DNA of 64,000 nucleotides from the NCBI GenBank assembly GCA_964505005.1, contig CAZDFQ010000001.1, positions 114,458-178,457 on the forward strand. The letters run 5' to 3'. This DNA is from an uncultured Candidatus Saccharibacteria bacterium (lineage in GTDB: Bacteria > Patescibacteriota > Minisyncoccia > UBA6257 > 2-01-FULL-56-20). Made by a program: the position numbers and the translations under genes. This document shows positions 28,098-40,520 of the stretch, piece after piece. The notes under the pieces are model-generated. The model was not told the DNA's origin. It did not search any database and saw only the letters and a program-made list of their open reading frames with translations. How positions within the stretch are numbered: the first letter of the stretch is position 1; every line of letters starts with the position of its first letter.

Positions 28098-28535
28098 TCA
28101 TTCGCCGGTCCAGCTCAAGAGCCATTTGGGTTTTATCATGATGATGATTCGCGAACCGCCGGCTTCCATAAGCTCTTGGAAATACTTGCCGGCCTTTTCT
28201 TTGGGAAGGTAGCGATGAGCCAGCCGTTCCAGAAGTTTGCCATCAGTATCGTCTTCGATTGTTGCCTCGCCGTAGCCGATGACTGCTTTATAAGGCAATT
28301 GATGTTCGGCAATAGAGAAACCGGCGCGGGGATTGGTTGCCAGATTTCTGGCTTTCTTTCGTTCTCTCGTCGTGCTTATCCGGAAATTTTTTCCGTCGTA
28401 TTCAAACCAAACCGGCGTCACATGCGGATAGCCTTCCGACGTAATAGTCGCCAAATCCAGCAGATGCGGCTCGGAAAGAAATTTGCGCAATTGTTCCGGA
28501 GTCATTTGGGAAGTGATGGGATTCGATTTAGTCAT
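28098..28535 (-). CDS. Pyridoxamine 5'-phosphate oxidase-like (PPOX class) protein
   Basis: LATI..EGYPHVTPVWF and K.RNL..NPR motifs. Confidence 0.85.
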   Translation of the reverse strand: MTKSNPITSQMTPEQLRKFLSEPHLLDLATITSEGYPHVTPVWFEYDGKNFRISTTRERKKARNLATNPRAGFSIAEHQLPYKAVIGYGEATIEDDTDGKLLERLAHRYLPKEKAGKYFQELMEAGGSRIIIMIKPKWLLSWTGE

Positions 28536-28538
28536 TTT

Positions 28539-28940
28539 TTATTTAAGAATTCCTCGTTTTTGCAATTCCGGATAAAGCTTGTTGGCCAAAGCGTCGTGGA
28601 AAGCGTCCAAGACGAACGGGCTGGATTTTTTGGCTTCGGCCGCGGCTTTTTCGAGACCGTGGTGAATTGCCAAATCAAGGAGATATTCGACTTCAAGTTT
28701 TGCTTCTGCCGGCGCCTCCTGAAGATAAGCCGGCAGGCCCGAGGGCTGCTGGGGCGAAGCCGGAGCTGACGCCGCTGGCGGCGCGCCGGTTAAGGCCTGG
28801 ATGGTTTTCTTGACCAGCTCGCGCTCGGTCAAACGGCCGGCTTCCGGCCCTTCGCGGCGTTTAGCTATTTCTTCAGCCAGCCGTTTGATGTCGGCCTCCA
28901 GGGCTTCGTGTTGAAATTCTTGTGAAGGTTGTTCAGCCAT
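28539..28940 (-). CDS. Hypothetical protein
   Basis: 133-aa ORF co-oriented with its neighbours; C-terminal PFVLDAFHDAL. Confidence 0.7.
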   Translation of the reverse strand: MAEQPSQEFQHEALEADIKRLAEEIAKRREGPEAGRLTERELVKKTIQALTGAPPAASAPASPQQPSGLPAYLQEAPAEAKLEVEYLLDLAIHHGLEKAAAEAKKSSPFVLDAFHDALANKLYPELQKRGILK

Positions 28941-29054
28941 AAGAATTTGAGAATGTAGAATGTATGAAGCTCTGCTTCATCAATCGGTTCGCTCGGCAAT
29001 CGCAAGAATTTCATATTCTTGTGTCGCCTCGCTGCCGATTGTAGAATGTAGAAT

Positions 29055-30881
<1,827 letters not shown>

Positions 30882-30886
30882 GAAAG

Positions 30887-31585
30887 ATGCTGCCACGGCT
30901 AATAATTCTCCATGGCTGGGGCCAGAACAAACAATTCTGGGCGGAATTCGCCAGCCGCTTTCCCAAAGACCAAGTATTGATTCTGGATTTGCCTGGCTTT
31001 AGCAGCCCTCTGACCGCTACCTATGTAAAGGATGAAAAAATTATCGATGTTACCAGCTGGGGCATCCCCGAATATGCTGACTGGCTTAAAAATAAAATTG
31101 AAAATCTGAAAGAAAAAAATATCGTGCTTTTGGGTCATTCGTTCGGCGGCCGAATCGCCAGTTTAGCGGCGAGCGACAACCCCGGCTGGCTAAAAGGCCT
31201 AATTCTCTACGCCAGCCCCTGTCTTTACCGGCCGAGTTTTTACATTCGTTTTAGAATCGCGCTGGCGAAATTGGCCAAAAAAATCGGCTTTACCAAAATC
31301 GGCAAACCCCAAGAATTGCAGGAAGCTGAACAAAACAAAATAGCCGGAGTTTTCCGGCGAGCCGTTTCTTTTGACCAAACTGACCTTCTGCCTAAAATCA
31401 AAGTGCCGACTTTAATTATCTGGGGGGAAAAAGATGCTGAAGTGCCATTGAAAATCGGTCAGGAAATGAATAATTTGATTAAGGGCAGCCGTTTGGTAGT
31501 AATGGATGCTGTCGGCCACAATGCCCATCTTGAAAATCCCAATCTTTTCTATGGAATCGTCAAAAAATTTATCGAGAATCTTTGA
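30887..31585 (+). CDS. Alpha/beta hydrolase
   Basis: HGWG, DLPGF, GHSFGG nucleophile, GEKD and GH. Confidence 0.9.
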   Translation: MLPRLIILHGWGQNKQFWAEFASRFPKDQVLILDLPGFSSPLTATYVKDEKIIDVTSWGIPEYADWLKNKIENLKEKNIVLLGHSFGGRIASLAASDNPGWLKGLILYASPCLYRPSFYIRFRIALAKLAKKIGFTKIGKPQELQEAEQNKIAGVFRRAVSFDQTDLLPKIKVPTLIIWGEKDAEVPLKIGQEMNNLIKGSRLVVMDAVGHNAHLENPNLFYGIVKKFIENL

Positions 31586-31805
31586 AATAATTTAATAACC
31601 CCTAAAAATTTGCATCATTCGCATCCATTCGTAGATTAGTATTATATTCAAGCCGCTTGGTATCGATGCCAATATACAAATGATGCTACAATTGGCAACG
31701 AGGAGAAAGTAAATGAGAATACATTTATTTTCGGCGAGCCCTGCCTGCCGGCAGGCAGGGAACCGATTGAGGAAACGAAGTTTCAATGATACGAATGACT
31801 AATTT

Positions 31806-33197
31806 ATGAAACAGTTTCTTAATATTCTGCTACCGTTCAGCGACTTTCTCTACATTCTTCAACAGGAAGATTACAATACCCAGCGCTTTTTCAAATGGCT
31901 GCCGCGGTTTTTCTGGCGAAGAAATTTTCAGAAGCGCGACCGGCTCAAATACACGAAACGGGCAACGGCCACTTTGCTCACTGCGGCGATTGTTTGGCTG
32001 GTCTCTTTAATTTTCGCAATGAGCGCTTTTCGTTTTCGGATTTTACCAGAACTGCTGATAATTTTTTCATCTCTTCTTTTGATTCCGCTTTTTGTGGCCT
32101 TGGCCAACATTTTATTGATTCCTGTTTCTAACTTATTGAAAATACCGCTCATTCGCCGGGCCAGCGACAAACTAAAACAGCAAAAAGATTTGCGCATCAT
32201 TGCGGTGGCCGGCAGTTTCGGCAAAACCACCACCAAGAATTTCATCGAGCAGCTGGTTCGCTACAACTATCCGACTCAGCTCATCTCCGGCAACATCAAT
32301 ACCACTTTAGGAATAGCCAACTGGCTCAACAGTAACTTGAAACCCGCTACCAAACTTCTCATTGTGGAAATGGACGCTTACAAAGCCGGAGAAATCAGAC
32401 AAAGCTGCTTCATTGCGCCGCCGGATATTGCCATTCTCACGAACATCGGCGACCAGCACCTGGAGCGCTTCGGCAGCAAAGAAAAATTAGCCGGTGCTTT
32501 AAAAGAGATTTTCTTATATGCCAAACAGAATGCCAAGCTGCTCTGCACCGAACAAACGGCTTCAGCCATCAATCTTGTGGTGAGGCCGTCGAACCATTTT
32601 CAGCACCAAGCCAGCCAAGAAATGATAATTGTCGGCCTTGATGCTCTTTCTTTGCCGGAGAATGTCAGAAAATCCATCGTCAGCCGTTTTTCAATTTCCA
32701 ATCGCGTTAATCTGGCTTTTGCCGTCAGAACCGCGGAACTTTTGAACATCCCTCAAAAATTCATTATTGACACCTTGCTGAAATTAGAAATTCCGGCCAG
32801 ACGGCAGAATATAACGGAATTCTCCGGCTATGACTGCGTGGACGATTCATACAACATCAGCTTCACCACCAGCCAAGCCGGAATTAATTTTGCAAGAGAA
32901 TTTGCCAGGCAAAAAAGAAAAAAATTGTTGGTGATTACCGCCGGCATTCCGGAACTCGCGCCAACTGACCGGGACAAAAATGAGGCCTTGGGAAAAATCC
33001 TGGCGGGAAAAGCCGATTATGTCGCGGTCCTGAAAAGCATTTTCTGGAAAGACCTTGTCAAAGGTCTGGCTGATTCGGATAAATATTCAGTTTTTGAGAG
33101 CTTGAAAAGTTTTCTGAAAGAAGCTGACAAGAAATTCCCGCCTCAAGAATGGGTGATTCTTTTGCAGCCGGAGCTGACGGATCTCTATTACGGATAG
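31806..33197 (+). CDS. Mur ligase family protein (MurF-like) with N-terminal TMs
   Basis: AGSFGKTTTK, NINT.LG, VEM, QHLERF and DDSYN motifs. Confidence 0.8.
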   Translation: MKQFLNILLPFSDFLYILQQEDYNTQRFFKWLPRFFWRRNFQKRDRLKYTKRATATLLTAAIVWLVSLIFAMSAFRFRILPELLIIFSSLLLIPLFVALANILLIPVSNLLKIPLIRRASDKLKQQKDLRIIAVAGSFGKTTTKNFIEQLVRYNYPTQLISGNINTTLGIANWLNSNLKPATKLLIVEMDAYKAGEIRQSCFIAPPDIAILTNIGDQHLERFGSKEKLAGALKEIFLYAKQNAKLLCTEQTASAINLVVRPSNHFQHQASQEMIIVGLDALSLPENVRKSIVSRFSISNRVNLAFAVRTAELLNIPQKFIIDTLLKLEIPARRQNITEFSGYDCVDDSYNISFTTSQAGINFAREFARQKRKKLLVITAGIPELAPTDRDKNEALGKILAGKADYVAVLKSIFWKDLVKGLADSDKYSVFESLKSFLKEADKKFPPQEWVILLQPELTDLYYG

Positions 33198-33436
33198 CCA
33201 CGGATATAAGACTGATAGCCACGGATCACGGATCCGTGATTAGTGACTATTCGCCCGCTATCAGGGGCAATTAGTGTTTTCGTCTCGATTTAAATTCTGC
33301 CTGCCGAGCCGCCCTCGCGCTTGATATATTTCGGGGGAAGAAAAAGGCGGCTAACAAACATTGTGGCTTGTTAGCCGCCCTATGTTGTAAGGCTGTCTCG
33401 CATGGCGGTTATCTCCAGTAGATTTTAACTGAAAAC

Positions 33437-34819
33437 CTATAACCCCCTGCGGACAACCTTTGGACCGGCAGGCGCGTCCCTGACCTCGTACCCTTTTTCG
33501 AGTATCTCCTGACGCAAGCGGTCTGACTCTTTCCACTGCCTGTTTCTTCTCAATGATTCCCGATCTCGAACAAGCACCATGACTTCCTCCGGGATTTCTC
33601 CGGCAGAAGAATGCGCAAGTCCCAGATTGAGAACCCTATCGAATTCCAGGAGAGTAGCCCTCTTCTTTTCTGGAGTCAAAGAAGAGTCAGCGACTTCCCA
33701 CAACAGTGCTATCGCTTGAGGAGTGTTGAGGTCGTTGTTTACTCGAATCTTGAACTCCTTGAGAAGTTTTTCGTCGGGGATGGCATGGCCGTTCCCCCAA
33801 CTCAAAACTTTTTCGCGCAGAGACATCAGGGCTTTTTGAGCCCCCTTAATGCCTCGCCAAGTGAAGTTCAAGCTTGAGCGGTAGTGAGAAGTCAGAGCAA
33901 GATAGCGAAAGGCGAGTGGGTCGTAACCTCTCTGAACGACGTCTTTCAGGGTTACGAAATTTCCCTCGCTTTTTGCCATCTTTTTACCTTCGCTTGTCAG
34001 GAAAGCAACGTGCAACCAGTAGCGGGCGAACTGTTTGCCGGTGGCCGCTTCCGACTGTGCTATCTCGTTGGTGTGGTGAATCGGGATGTGATCGACGCCG
34101 CCCGTGTGGATGTCGATTGTTTCTCCCAAATACTTCATCGCCATGGCACTGCACTCGAGGTGCCATCCCGGAAATCCAACTCCCCAGGGGCTCGGCCATT
34201 CCATCTGCCTTTTTTCGCTCTTGGGAGAGAATTTCCACAGAGCGAAATCGGTCGGGTTCTTTTTCCCCCCGAGGTCAACTCGAGCTCCCGGCTCGATGCC
34301 CTCGACATCTAACCGAGCGAGGTAGCCGTAATTTGGCAGCCGACTGGTGTCGAAATAGACTCCATCGGAAGTCAAATACGTATATCCCGCTTTCTCCAAC
34401 CGCCGGACCAAAGCTATCTGATCATCAATATGATCAGTCGCCTTGCTCCAAACTGTCGGCGGCTCTACGCCAAGGTCGAGCAGATTCTGCTTGAAGATCT
34501 CCGTGTAGAATTCGGCGATCTCAAACGCAGACCGCTTCTGCTTGCGAGCGCTTAGTTCAATCTTGTCTTCGCCGGAGTCAGCGTCAGAGGTCAAGTGCCC
34601 TACGTCCGTGATGTTGATTACGTGCCGCACTTGGTATCCATTGAGCTCAAACATTTTGCGGAGCGTGTCCGCAAAAATGTAAGCCCGGAGATTCCCAATG
34701 TGCGGATAATCATACACCGTTGGTCCGCAGGTGTATACCTTGACCTTGCCTTGCTCAAGTGGGATGAACTGCCTTTTTTCTCTTTGATAAGTATCAAAGA
34801 GATAGATGGGGCTATTCAT
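33437..34819 (-). CDS. cysS: Cysteinyl-tRNA synthetase
   Basis: CGPTVY, HIGN, NITDV, GFPGWHLEC, HHTNE and KMAKS; RBS before ATG 34819. Confidence 0.95.
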   Translation of the reverse strand: MNSPIYLFDTYQREKRQFIPLEQGKVKVYTCGPTVYDYPHIGNLRAYIFADTLRKMFELNGYQVRHVINITDVGHLTSDADSGEDKIELSARKQKRSAFEIAEFYTEIFKQNLLDLGVEPPTVWSKATDHIDDQIALVRRLEKAGYTYLTSDGVYFDTSRLPNYGYLARLDVEGIEPGARVDLGGKKNPTDFALWKFSPKSEKRQMEWPSPWGVGFPGWHLECSAMAMKYLGETIDIHTGGVDHIPIHHTNEIAQSEAATGKQFARYWLHVAFLTSEGKKMAKSEGNFVTLKDVVQRGYDPLAFRYLALTSHYRSSLNFTWRGIKGAQKALMSLREKVLSWGNGHAIPDEKLLKEFKIRVNNDLNTPQAIALLWEVADSSLTPEKKRATLLEFDRVLNLGLAHSSAGEIPEEVMVLVRDRESLRRNRQWKESDRLRQEILEKGYEVRDAPAGPKVVRRGL

Positions 34820-34891
34820 GTGTTTTCTCCTTTCTTGTTTCACGATTATGATGGATAGCCCTTTGCGTAAAACTCACAAGGAACTATCTAT

Positions 34892-34920
34892 CTTATATCA
34901 CCTTTTTGTATTGAAGTCAA
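34892..34920 (-). promoter_or_regulatory. Sigma70-type promoter for cysS
   Basis: TTGACT-17 bp-TATAAG on the minus strand. Confidence 0.55.
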
Positions 34921-34942
34921 TAGTAAAAGATATGTATAAATT

Positions 34943-35827
34943 CTAGCTATTTATTAGCCGATGAGCAATGAGTTTTACTTTGCTCTTGAAAGATTCAAGC
35001 TGTTTCGGTTTGTCAATTAACATTTTTTCAAAAAGCCCGGTTATATCTTTCACCCCCTTGCAACCTTCTAACTCCTCATCAAATTTATCAATTGTGATAT
35101 TGCTTAATTCTGGAAAAATCGCCTCCAATAAACCTGTCTTTTTAATCTTTGTAATGAATGAACGAACATCTGCGGACTTAACAATCGCCTTGAATATATT
35201 GAAATAAGAATGTTCTTTGGCATAAACGATATGGAAGCACTCTTTATGCTCCCACGATTTTATTCTTTTGGATAACGACTTTGAAAACAAGAAAAGTTTC
35301 TTGTTTTTACGAAAATCAATATTAAAACGGGCGCAAAGATTTAAAAGCCGCGACGCCAGTATAAACGGATTTTCTCCATCAACCGAAATAACCGGCATTA
35401 GTTCTTTCTTCTTTAAAGCATTTATGGAATCGTACGGATCGTATATTTTCCCGGACGGAAAGTGCCAAAAAATACTTTCCCAATTAAAATGTCCCAGATA
35501 TTTAATATCTTTGACTATAGCTATGTCCAAATGGATCGGCTTTCTAACGGTGACTATTTGAAATGCCTTATTAAGCTTCAAGTAGTAAGGCCCTTTCCTG
35601 ATGATAGAGAAACTGTTGGCCCCCAGCGTCCTTAGAACAGATTTAAACTTCCTCTCGCCGCCTATAATCGCCAAGTCATAGTCGTTTATCTTAAAGTTAA
35701 CCCCCAAACTTTTCGCTACCTCTTTGTATGTTATACTGCCGCCTAGCCAAAATCCAGTTAAACCGCTTTTCTTTGATATATGTTCAAGAATTAGAAATTG
35801 CCTCCTATTGACATGCGAATTTGTCAT
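34943..35827 (-). CDS. Divergent nucleotidyltransferase (CCA-adding/poly(A) polymerase-like)
   Basis: LGGS...DYDLA catalytic-like motif; ENPFILASRLL resembles EDPLR; GLLEAIFPEL. Confidence 0.6.
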   Translation of the reverse strand: MTNSHVNRRQFLILEHISKKSGLTGFWLGGSITYKEVAKSLGVNFKINDYDLAIIGGERKFKSVLRTLGANSFSIIRKGPYYLKLNKAFQIVTVRKPIHLDIAIVKDIKYLGHFNWESIFWHFPSGKIYDPYDSINALKKKELMPVISVDGENPFILASRLLNLCARFNIDFRKNKKLFLFSKSLSKRIKSWEHKECFHIVYAKEHSYFNIFKAIVKSADVRSFITKIKKTGLLEAIFPELSNITIDKFDEELEGCKGVKDITGLFEKMLIDKPKQLESFKSKVKLIAHRLINS

Positions 35828-37485
35828 CTCTTTTTGGAAACACGAAAATCAGACAATTGCTTTTTTAACTTTCCGACTTCCTCTTCTACACTACTGAAAT
35901 CCATATGCGGAGAAACAAAGCAATATTTTAATCCCGAAATGGATTTCCCTGTTTTTGTCTTGTAGAAACTCTTTGAGAAAGAGCAACCCAGACGTTTAAT
36001 GTTTCCATCGCCTTTAAGACAGAATTCATAAAAAGATTTTACATCTTCGTTAATTCGATCCAATAAATCACTATCCCCATCAGTGAGTTCCAGAAATTCT
36101 TTCCAAGTCATTTTTTTATTGCTAGGAGATATTAGTATCATGGTATTGAATCCTAAGGCATGAGGGTTACCGACCAAAAAATCGTCCTCGGCGGAAATTA
36201 AATCTCTAAAGACTTTAGTATAAAAAATTTGATTCGCAAGAAATCTCCTGAAACCGTTTTTGCCCATAGATAATAGAGAGCCTACAGCTGAAAGTGCTTC
36301 GCCGGCGGAACGAGAAGTTTCAAGAGTGATATCCGAAGGATCTTCTAACGACCAGTCAGTGCCGAGATGATGTGTATCAATACCTCTTTCTTTTTTAGAG
36401 AGCAGAAGTAATTCACTCCTATTGTTTGAAACAAAAAGACCGCATGGGGTTGGGCAACCGCCCATTCCCTTGTGGAAATCTACACCCCACGAGTCAGCTC
36501 TTCTTAATTGATATACTCTCTCAAATTGTTTCTTTATGATTGGTAATATTTCCGGTGGGATTTTTAGAGGATTCAATTCAAAGTTATATCCGTTAAACAT
36601 TAACCAAATCCATCCGATAACAGAATCAACGTGAATGTGCGGGGTGAAAGAAAGTTTATATTCTCTGACGAGTTTATCTCTCAATTCTACGAATGCGTTA
36701 ATATCGTCAACAGCAAAATCATAGAACGGACCTCCATTTATCTGGAATCCTGCGATAATCCCGCCCTTTTCGATTATAGATCTTGCTTTTACTTCCGCGT
36801 CTTCAACAATGGATCTGCTTTCTTCATCTGACTCAATTTGCACTAAACGATCAATGCCTACACCAAGCCAGTCACCAACCGTCTTATGTGAAAAATGAGC
36901 TTTTTCGGTAATCATTATGTATAAGTTAGAGGGAACTCCAATCTTTCCGGCGTTAGGAACCGCTTTATTGATAGAAAGTTTCATAGCATACATATTTGAA
37001 GCGGTGCCACCAAACGAAAAGAGTGCTTTGACTTTATCTTGAGGTAGGCCTATAAGATCAGCCATCATTTCGGAAATAACTTTTTCCGTAAGCAAACAAT
37101 TTCCGGCAAAATCGGTGCTTATATTATGTATGTTCATTTCTTGCCCTAAACTCAAAAGAGTTTGGGCTACCGTATTAACCGGTGCGCAAATGTTATATTG
37201 TAGTTTCGGGCTGCGCCAGTTAGGCGCACCCGGGAAAAATCCTCCAATCGCCATAAATATTATCTTTTCAGGCGACATTCCTTCTTCGGGAATTTTATTT
37301 GGGATTTTCTCAAAATTACCTTTCTGTTTTAGAAGCCATGGCTTGTTAGAGCTTTTGAAAATTTTCTGTAACTTTTTTAAGCCGAGAGCTAAAAACCTTA
37401 ACGAAGTTTTTGCCCCGATTGAGGTTGGAAATAAAATTCTTAGACGCCTCCTATAAAAATTTGGCCATGGGTGTTTATCTTTCAT
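35824..37485 (-). CDS. PLP-dependent decarboxylase (group II)
   Basis: GGTASN, AHFSH, HVDS, ADSW..DFHK (PLP lysine) and LETSR. Confidence 0.82.
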   Translation of the reverse strand: MKDKHPWPNFYRRRLRILFPTSIGAKTSLRFLALGLKKLQKIFKSSNKPWLLKQKGNFEKIPNKIPEEGMSPEKIIFMAIGGFFPGAPNWRSPKLQYNICAPVNTVAQTLLSLGQEMNIHNISTDFAGNCLLTEKVISEMMADLIGLPQDKVKALFSFGGTASNMYAMKLSINKAVPNAGKIGVPSNLYIMITEKAHFSHKTVGDWLGVGIDRLVQIESDEESRSIVEDAEVKARSIIEKGGIIAGFQINGGPFYDFAVDDINAFVELRDKLVREYKLSFTPHIHVDSVIGWIWLMFNGYNFELNPLKIPPEILPIIKKQFERVYQLRRADSWGVDFHKGMGGCPTPCGLFVSNNRSELLLLSKKERGIDTHHLGTDWSLEDPSDITLETSRSAGEALSAVGSLLSMGKNGFRRFLANQIFYTKVFRDLISAEDDFLVGNPHALGFNTMILISPSNKKMTWKEFLELTDGDSDLLDRINEDVKSFYEFCLKGDGNIKRLGCSFSKSFYKTKTGKSISGLKYCFVSPHMDFSSVEEEVGKLKKQLSDFRVSKKR

Positions 37486-37535
37486 AGGTTTTAAGAGATT
37501 TTAAAAGATTTTAAGAGAATTCTATGGCTCTAAGG

Positions 37536-38678
37536 TCAAGACACGAATTTTCCCACAATGTCGGTTTCATATTCCAAACGCCGGCTTTTGGCTTCAGCCG
37601 CGTCAACTACGGCTTGTTCGATTAAATCGGAAATTTGCTGTTTGAAAGAAATACCGCTCGCTTCCCAGAGATAAAAAGCCATTGAGCCGGGAATGGGATT
37701 AATTTCGGTAAGATAAAGTTTTTTATCATTGGTGTACATAAAATCAATCCGCACCATTCCCTTGCACCGGCAGGCCACAAAGGCCTTTTTGGCCGATTCC
37801 TGCAAACGCTTTTTCAGGTCATCGTCTATTTTGGCCGGTAATTCCCTTTGCAAAGACGCCATGCCGGCGCCGGTTTTTTTGCCGCCCCGCTGGTATTTAT
37901 CGGCAAAACTCAAGATTTCATCTTTGGAAAAAGGCCGCTCGATTTCGCTCGCTTCTACTTTGCCGCCAACGACCCTGACGCTGCAGTTGTATTCGACAAA
38001 CGAAGAAAGATATTTTTCCACCAGAATTTCATTGTCAATAAAAGCTGCTTCCAGCAAAAATTTTTCCAGCTCCACTTCGCTGCGGCTGATTTTAATGCCG
38101 ATGCTTGACCCCAGATGAACCGGCTTGATGATGGCCGGTAAACCGAGTTTTTGAATGATTTTTTTGCTGGAGTTTTCCACATCTTCTTTAATTTCAAAAG
38201 AAAATAATCTCGAGCCGGGCGCGGTCTCAATCCCGGCTTCGCTGACGACCTGTTTCGTCAAATACTTGTTCATCGTCAACACTGACGCTTCCTGATTGGG
38301 AGAAGTGAAAGGAATGCCGATGGTTTCAAAAAGCCCCTGGAGAGGGCCGCTTTCTCCCTGGCCGCCGTGGAAAGCGAAATAAGCCGCATAAGGATAAATT
38401 TTTTTAGGCAACCAGCGGCCGGTTTTCATAAAACCGCCGCGGGCATCCAAGCCGAACACTACCGGCTTCCGGGAAGAGCGGAAAAAGCCGCTCCGATTTT
38501 TAAGCTGCGGCAGATAAAGAATCTCGCCTTTTTTGGCCAGATAAATCACATAAGGCTCGTAAAGGCCGGTGTCAATATTTTCAAGAACCTGCAGACCGGT
38601 AATGACTGAAACCTCGTGCTCGGAAGACACGCCGCCGAAAGCGATGATAACGGGTTTAACCATAAGATAATCAGACAT
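37536..38678 (-). CDS. ddl: D-alanine--D-alanine ligase
   Basis: GG.SSEHEVS, FHGGQGE, GSSIG, RIDF and EINPIPG; the start may be 38663. Confidence 0.88.
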   Translation of the reverse strand: MSDYLMVKPVIIAFGGVSSEHEVSVITGLQVLENIDTGLYEPYVIYLAKKGEILYLPQLKNRSGFFRSSRKPVVFGLDARGGFMKTGRWLPKKIYPYAAYFAFHGGQGESGPLQGLFETIGIPFTSPNQEASVLTMNKYLTKQVVSEAGIETAPGSRLFSFEIKEDVENSSKKIIQKLGLPAIIKPVHLGSSIGIKISRSEVELEKFLLEAAFIDNEILVEKYLSSFVEYNCSVRVVGGKVEASEIERPFSKDEILSFADKYQRGGKKTGAGMASLQRELPAKIDDDLKKRLQESAKKAFVACRCKGMVRIDFMYTNDKKLYLTEINPIPGSMAFYLWEASGISFKQQISDLIEQAVVDAAEAKSRRLEYETDIVGKFVS

Positions 38679-38710
38679 TCTAACATTCTGCAGAATGTTA
38701 GAATATTAAT

Positions 38711-40489
38711 TTAGACCACTTCGATATTATAGCATTTCTCACAATAAACAATCTCCGGCCTTTCCGGCGCGTAAGCCGTCTCAAATTCATTCGGACAATG
38801 ATTAACGCCGTGAAAATGGCTGGTTTGATTTTGATAAACCGCATTCTCTGATTGCTCGCCCGCACACTGACATTTCCGATGCCACAGCTGTAATGGGTTC
38901 AACCACTTCAGCCGTTCTTCGTGCCGGCAGTTCGGACAAAGACGAGGTAGAGGGAGGTTCATTATTTTATAAAATTGAACTTCTGCTTGCGTAATTTTAA
39001 ATGCCGAAGTGCACTGATGTTCACACCCGCTCTTATGCAAACAACCAATGACTTCCTCGGTTAGTTCATCAGGAATATCTCGGACGTTATCTGGCAGTTT
39101 TTCAGCCAGTAAACTGATGCGATAATTCTTCTCTTCATAATCTTTCCATGGGAACCCCTCATCAATAGTCTCTTTTTTGTTAAGCGGATAATACAATTGC
39201 GCAACTGTTTCATTATAAGCAAAAGGAGAAAACTCTGGCGGAAAAAATTCTCCAAAGCGATATTCTAATCCTCGAGCACCGCGATAGGGTATCTCTATCA
39301 TTTGTCGTTTAATTCCTGAAACAAGACGCTCATATTCGCTTTCAGAATACTGCTTATTAAAAATGCAGTATGATTTTTGTCGCAGGCTGATACAGCCGAA
39401 AACATCATGGCAGTTATCTATATACTCGGAATAACATACATTATGACCAGTCCAACAACGATTGGTAAACGTTACGCGGTAAACTGAAAGGGCAATGTTT
39501 AAATCTTCATATAAAAGCTCGGCGTTTTCTCCGGCAGTATCCACATCATACACATCGTGGATATTATTCAAAATATGAAGCGAATATTTACAATTCTCCG
39601 CCTGATAGGCAAAAAAGCAATGCCGGCAGTTTCTAACGTCAGTCATATAATTGCCCGTTGAATTAACTCCGTTAATAATATCAACAAAACGCCGCGGTTG
39701 GGTTAGATAAAAAGCTTCTACTTTTTTTGCCGCTTTTTCAATCCCGGTTCGGGTTATCAAGTTGAAACTGTTTAAAGTTTCCTCATACTCTTCTTTAGTA
39801 AGTTGTTTATTAAAAATGCAATATTTTTTGTGACGAATATTAATGCAACCGAAACAATTGTGGCAATCAAAGCAATATTTTAAAAACCAGCTCTCGCTGC
39901 AGTTGTATATGGCGGGGTAACTATAACGCACCTTGAACGAATCGAAAGCGGCATTGGTCTCATAGCAGAGTTCTACGCGAGTGCCATAAGCATTATCCAC
40001 ACTATCTTTGCAGTGTTGCATCCAATAGCCGTGCTGAAGATTTTCGTTATAGGAACTCTCTACAAGAAAGTAGCAATTTTTATTATTGGTTGACAAATGA
40101 GAGTAATGAGTATTTAGGCTGTTGCGATTTATGAGAGCGATTCTCGGCACTTTATCTGACAGCTTTTTCCACTGCTCGAAAAACGGTTTTGAGAAATCAT
40201 ATTCCTGGCCGTAAAAAAGAGGGTCCCAGTGGTCTGACCAGTAGCATTCTTGACAATAAATCGGAAAGGGAGCTGAGACGGAATAAATTGAGATAACGTC
40301 TTTTTTGCAAAGCCCGCATTGGCGGCGATAAAAATTCCGCTCATTGCGAAAAACAGCGCGCCTCGCTGTTCGGCACTCCGGGCACCAAGTGGGCGGCGGG
40401 ACGCGGAGGCGATCGTAGAAATTAAAGTCATCCGACTCAATCGTGAACCGGTTCTTACAGTTCTGGCAAGTTTTTGTTTCAGGGGTCAT
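38711..40489 (-). CDS. Cys-rich repeat protein, paralog 4
   Basis: Same termini as paralogs 1-3. Confidence 0.85.
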   Translation of the reverse strand: MTPETKTCQNCKNRFTIESDDFNFYDRLRVPPPTWCPECRTARRAVFRNERNFYRRQCGLCKKDVISIYSVSAPFPIYCQECYWSDHWDPLFYGQEYDFSKPFFEQWKKLSDKVPRIALINRNSLNTHYSHLSTNNKNCYFLVESSYNENLQHGYWMQHCKDSVDNAYGTRVELCYETNAAFDSFKVRYSYPAIYNCSESWFLKYCFDCHNCFGCINIRHKKYCIFNKQLTKEEYEETLNSFNLITRTGIEKAAKKVEAFYLTQPRRFVDIINGVNSTGNYMTDVRNCRHCFFAYQAENCKYSLHILNNIHDVYDVDTAGENAELLYEDLNIALSVYRVTFTNRCWTGHNVCYSEYIDNCHDVFGCISLRQKSYCIFNKQYSESEYERLVSGIKRQMIEIPYRGARGLEYRFGEFFPPEFSPFAYNETVAQLYYPLNKKETIDEGFPWKDYEEKNYRISLLAEKLPDNVRDIPDELTEEVIGCLHKSGCEHQCTSAFKITQAEVQFYKIMNLPLPRLCPNCRHEERLKWLNPLQLWHRKCQCAGEQSENAVYQNQTSHFHGVNHCPNEFETAYAPERPEIVYCEKCYNIEVV

Positions 40490-40520
40490 AGTTCGCCTGG
40501 TGACATTTTGACCGGCGGAA

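Noticed and set aside
28041-28769. 242-aa plus-strand ORF, and similar antisense ORFs such as 33874-34494
   Set aside because: These are shadow frames opposite well-supported genes and carry no motifs
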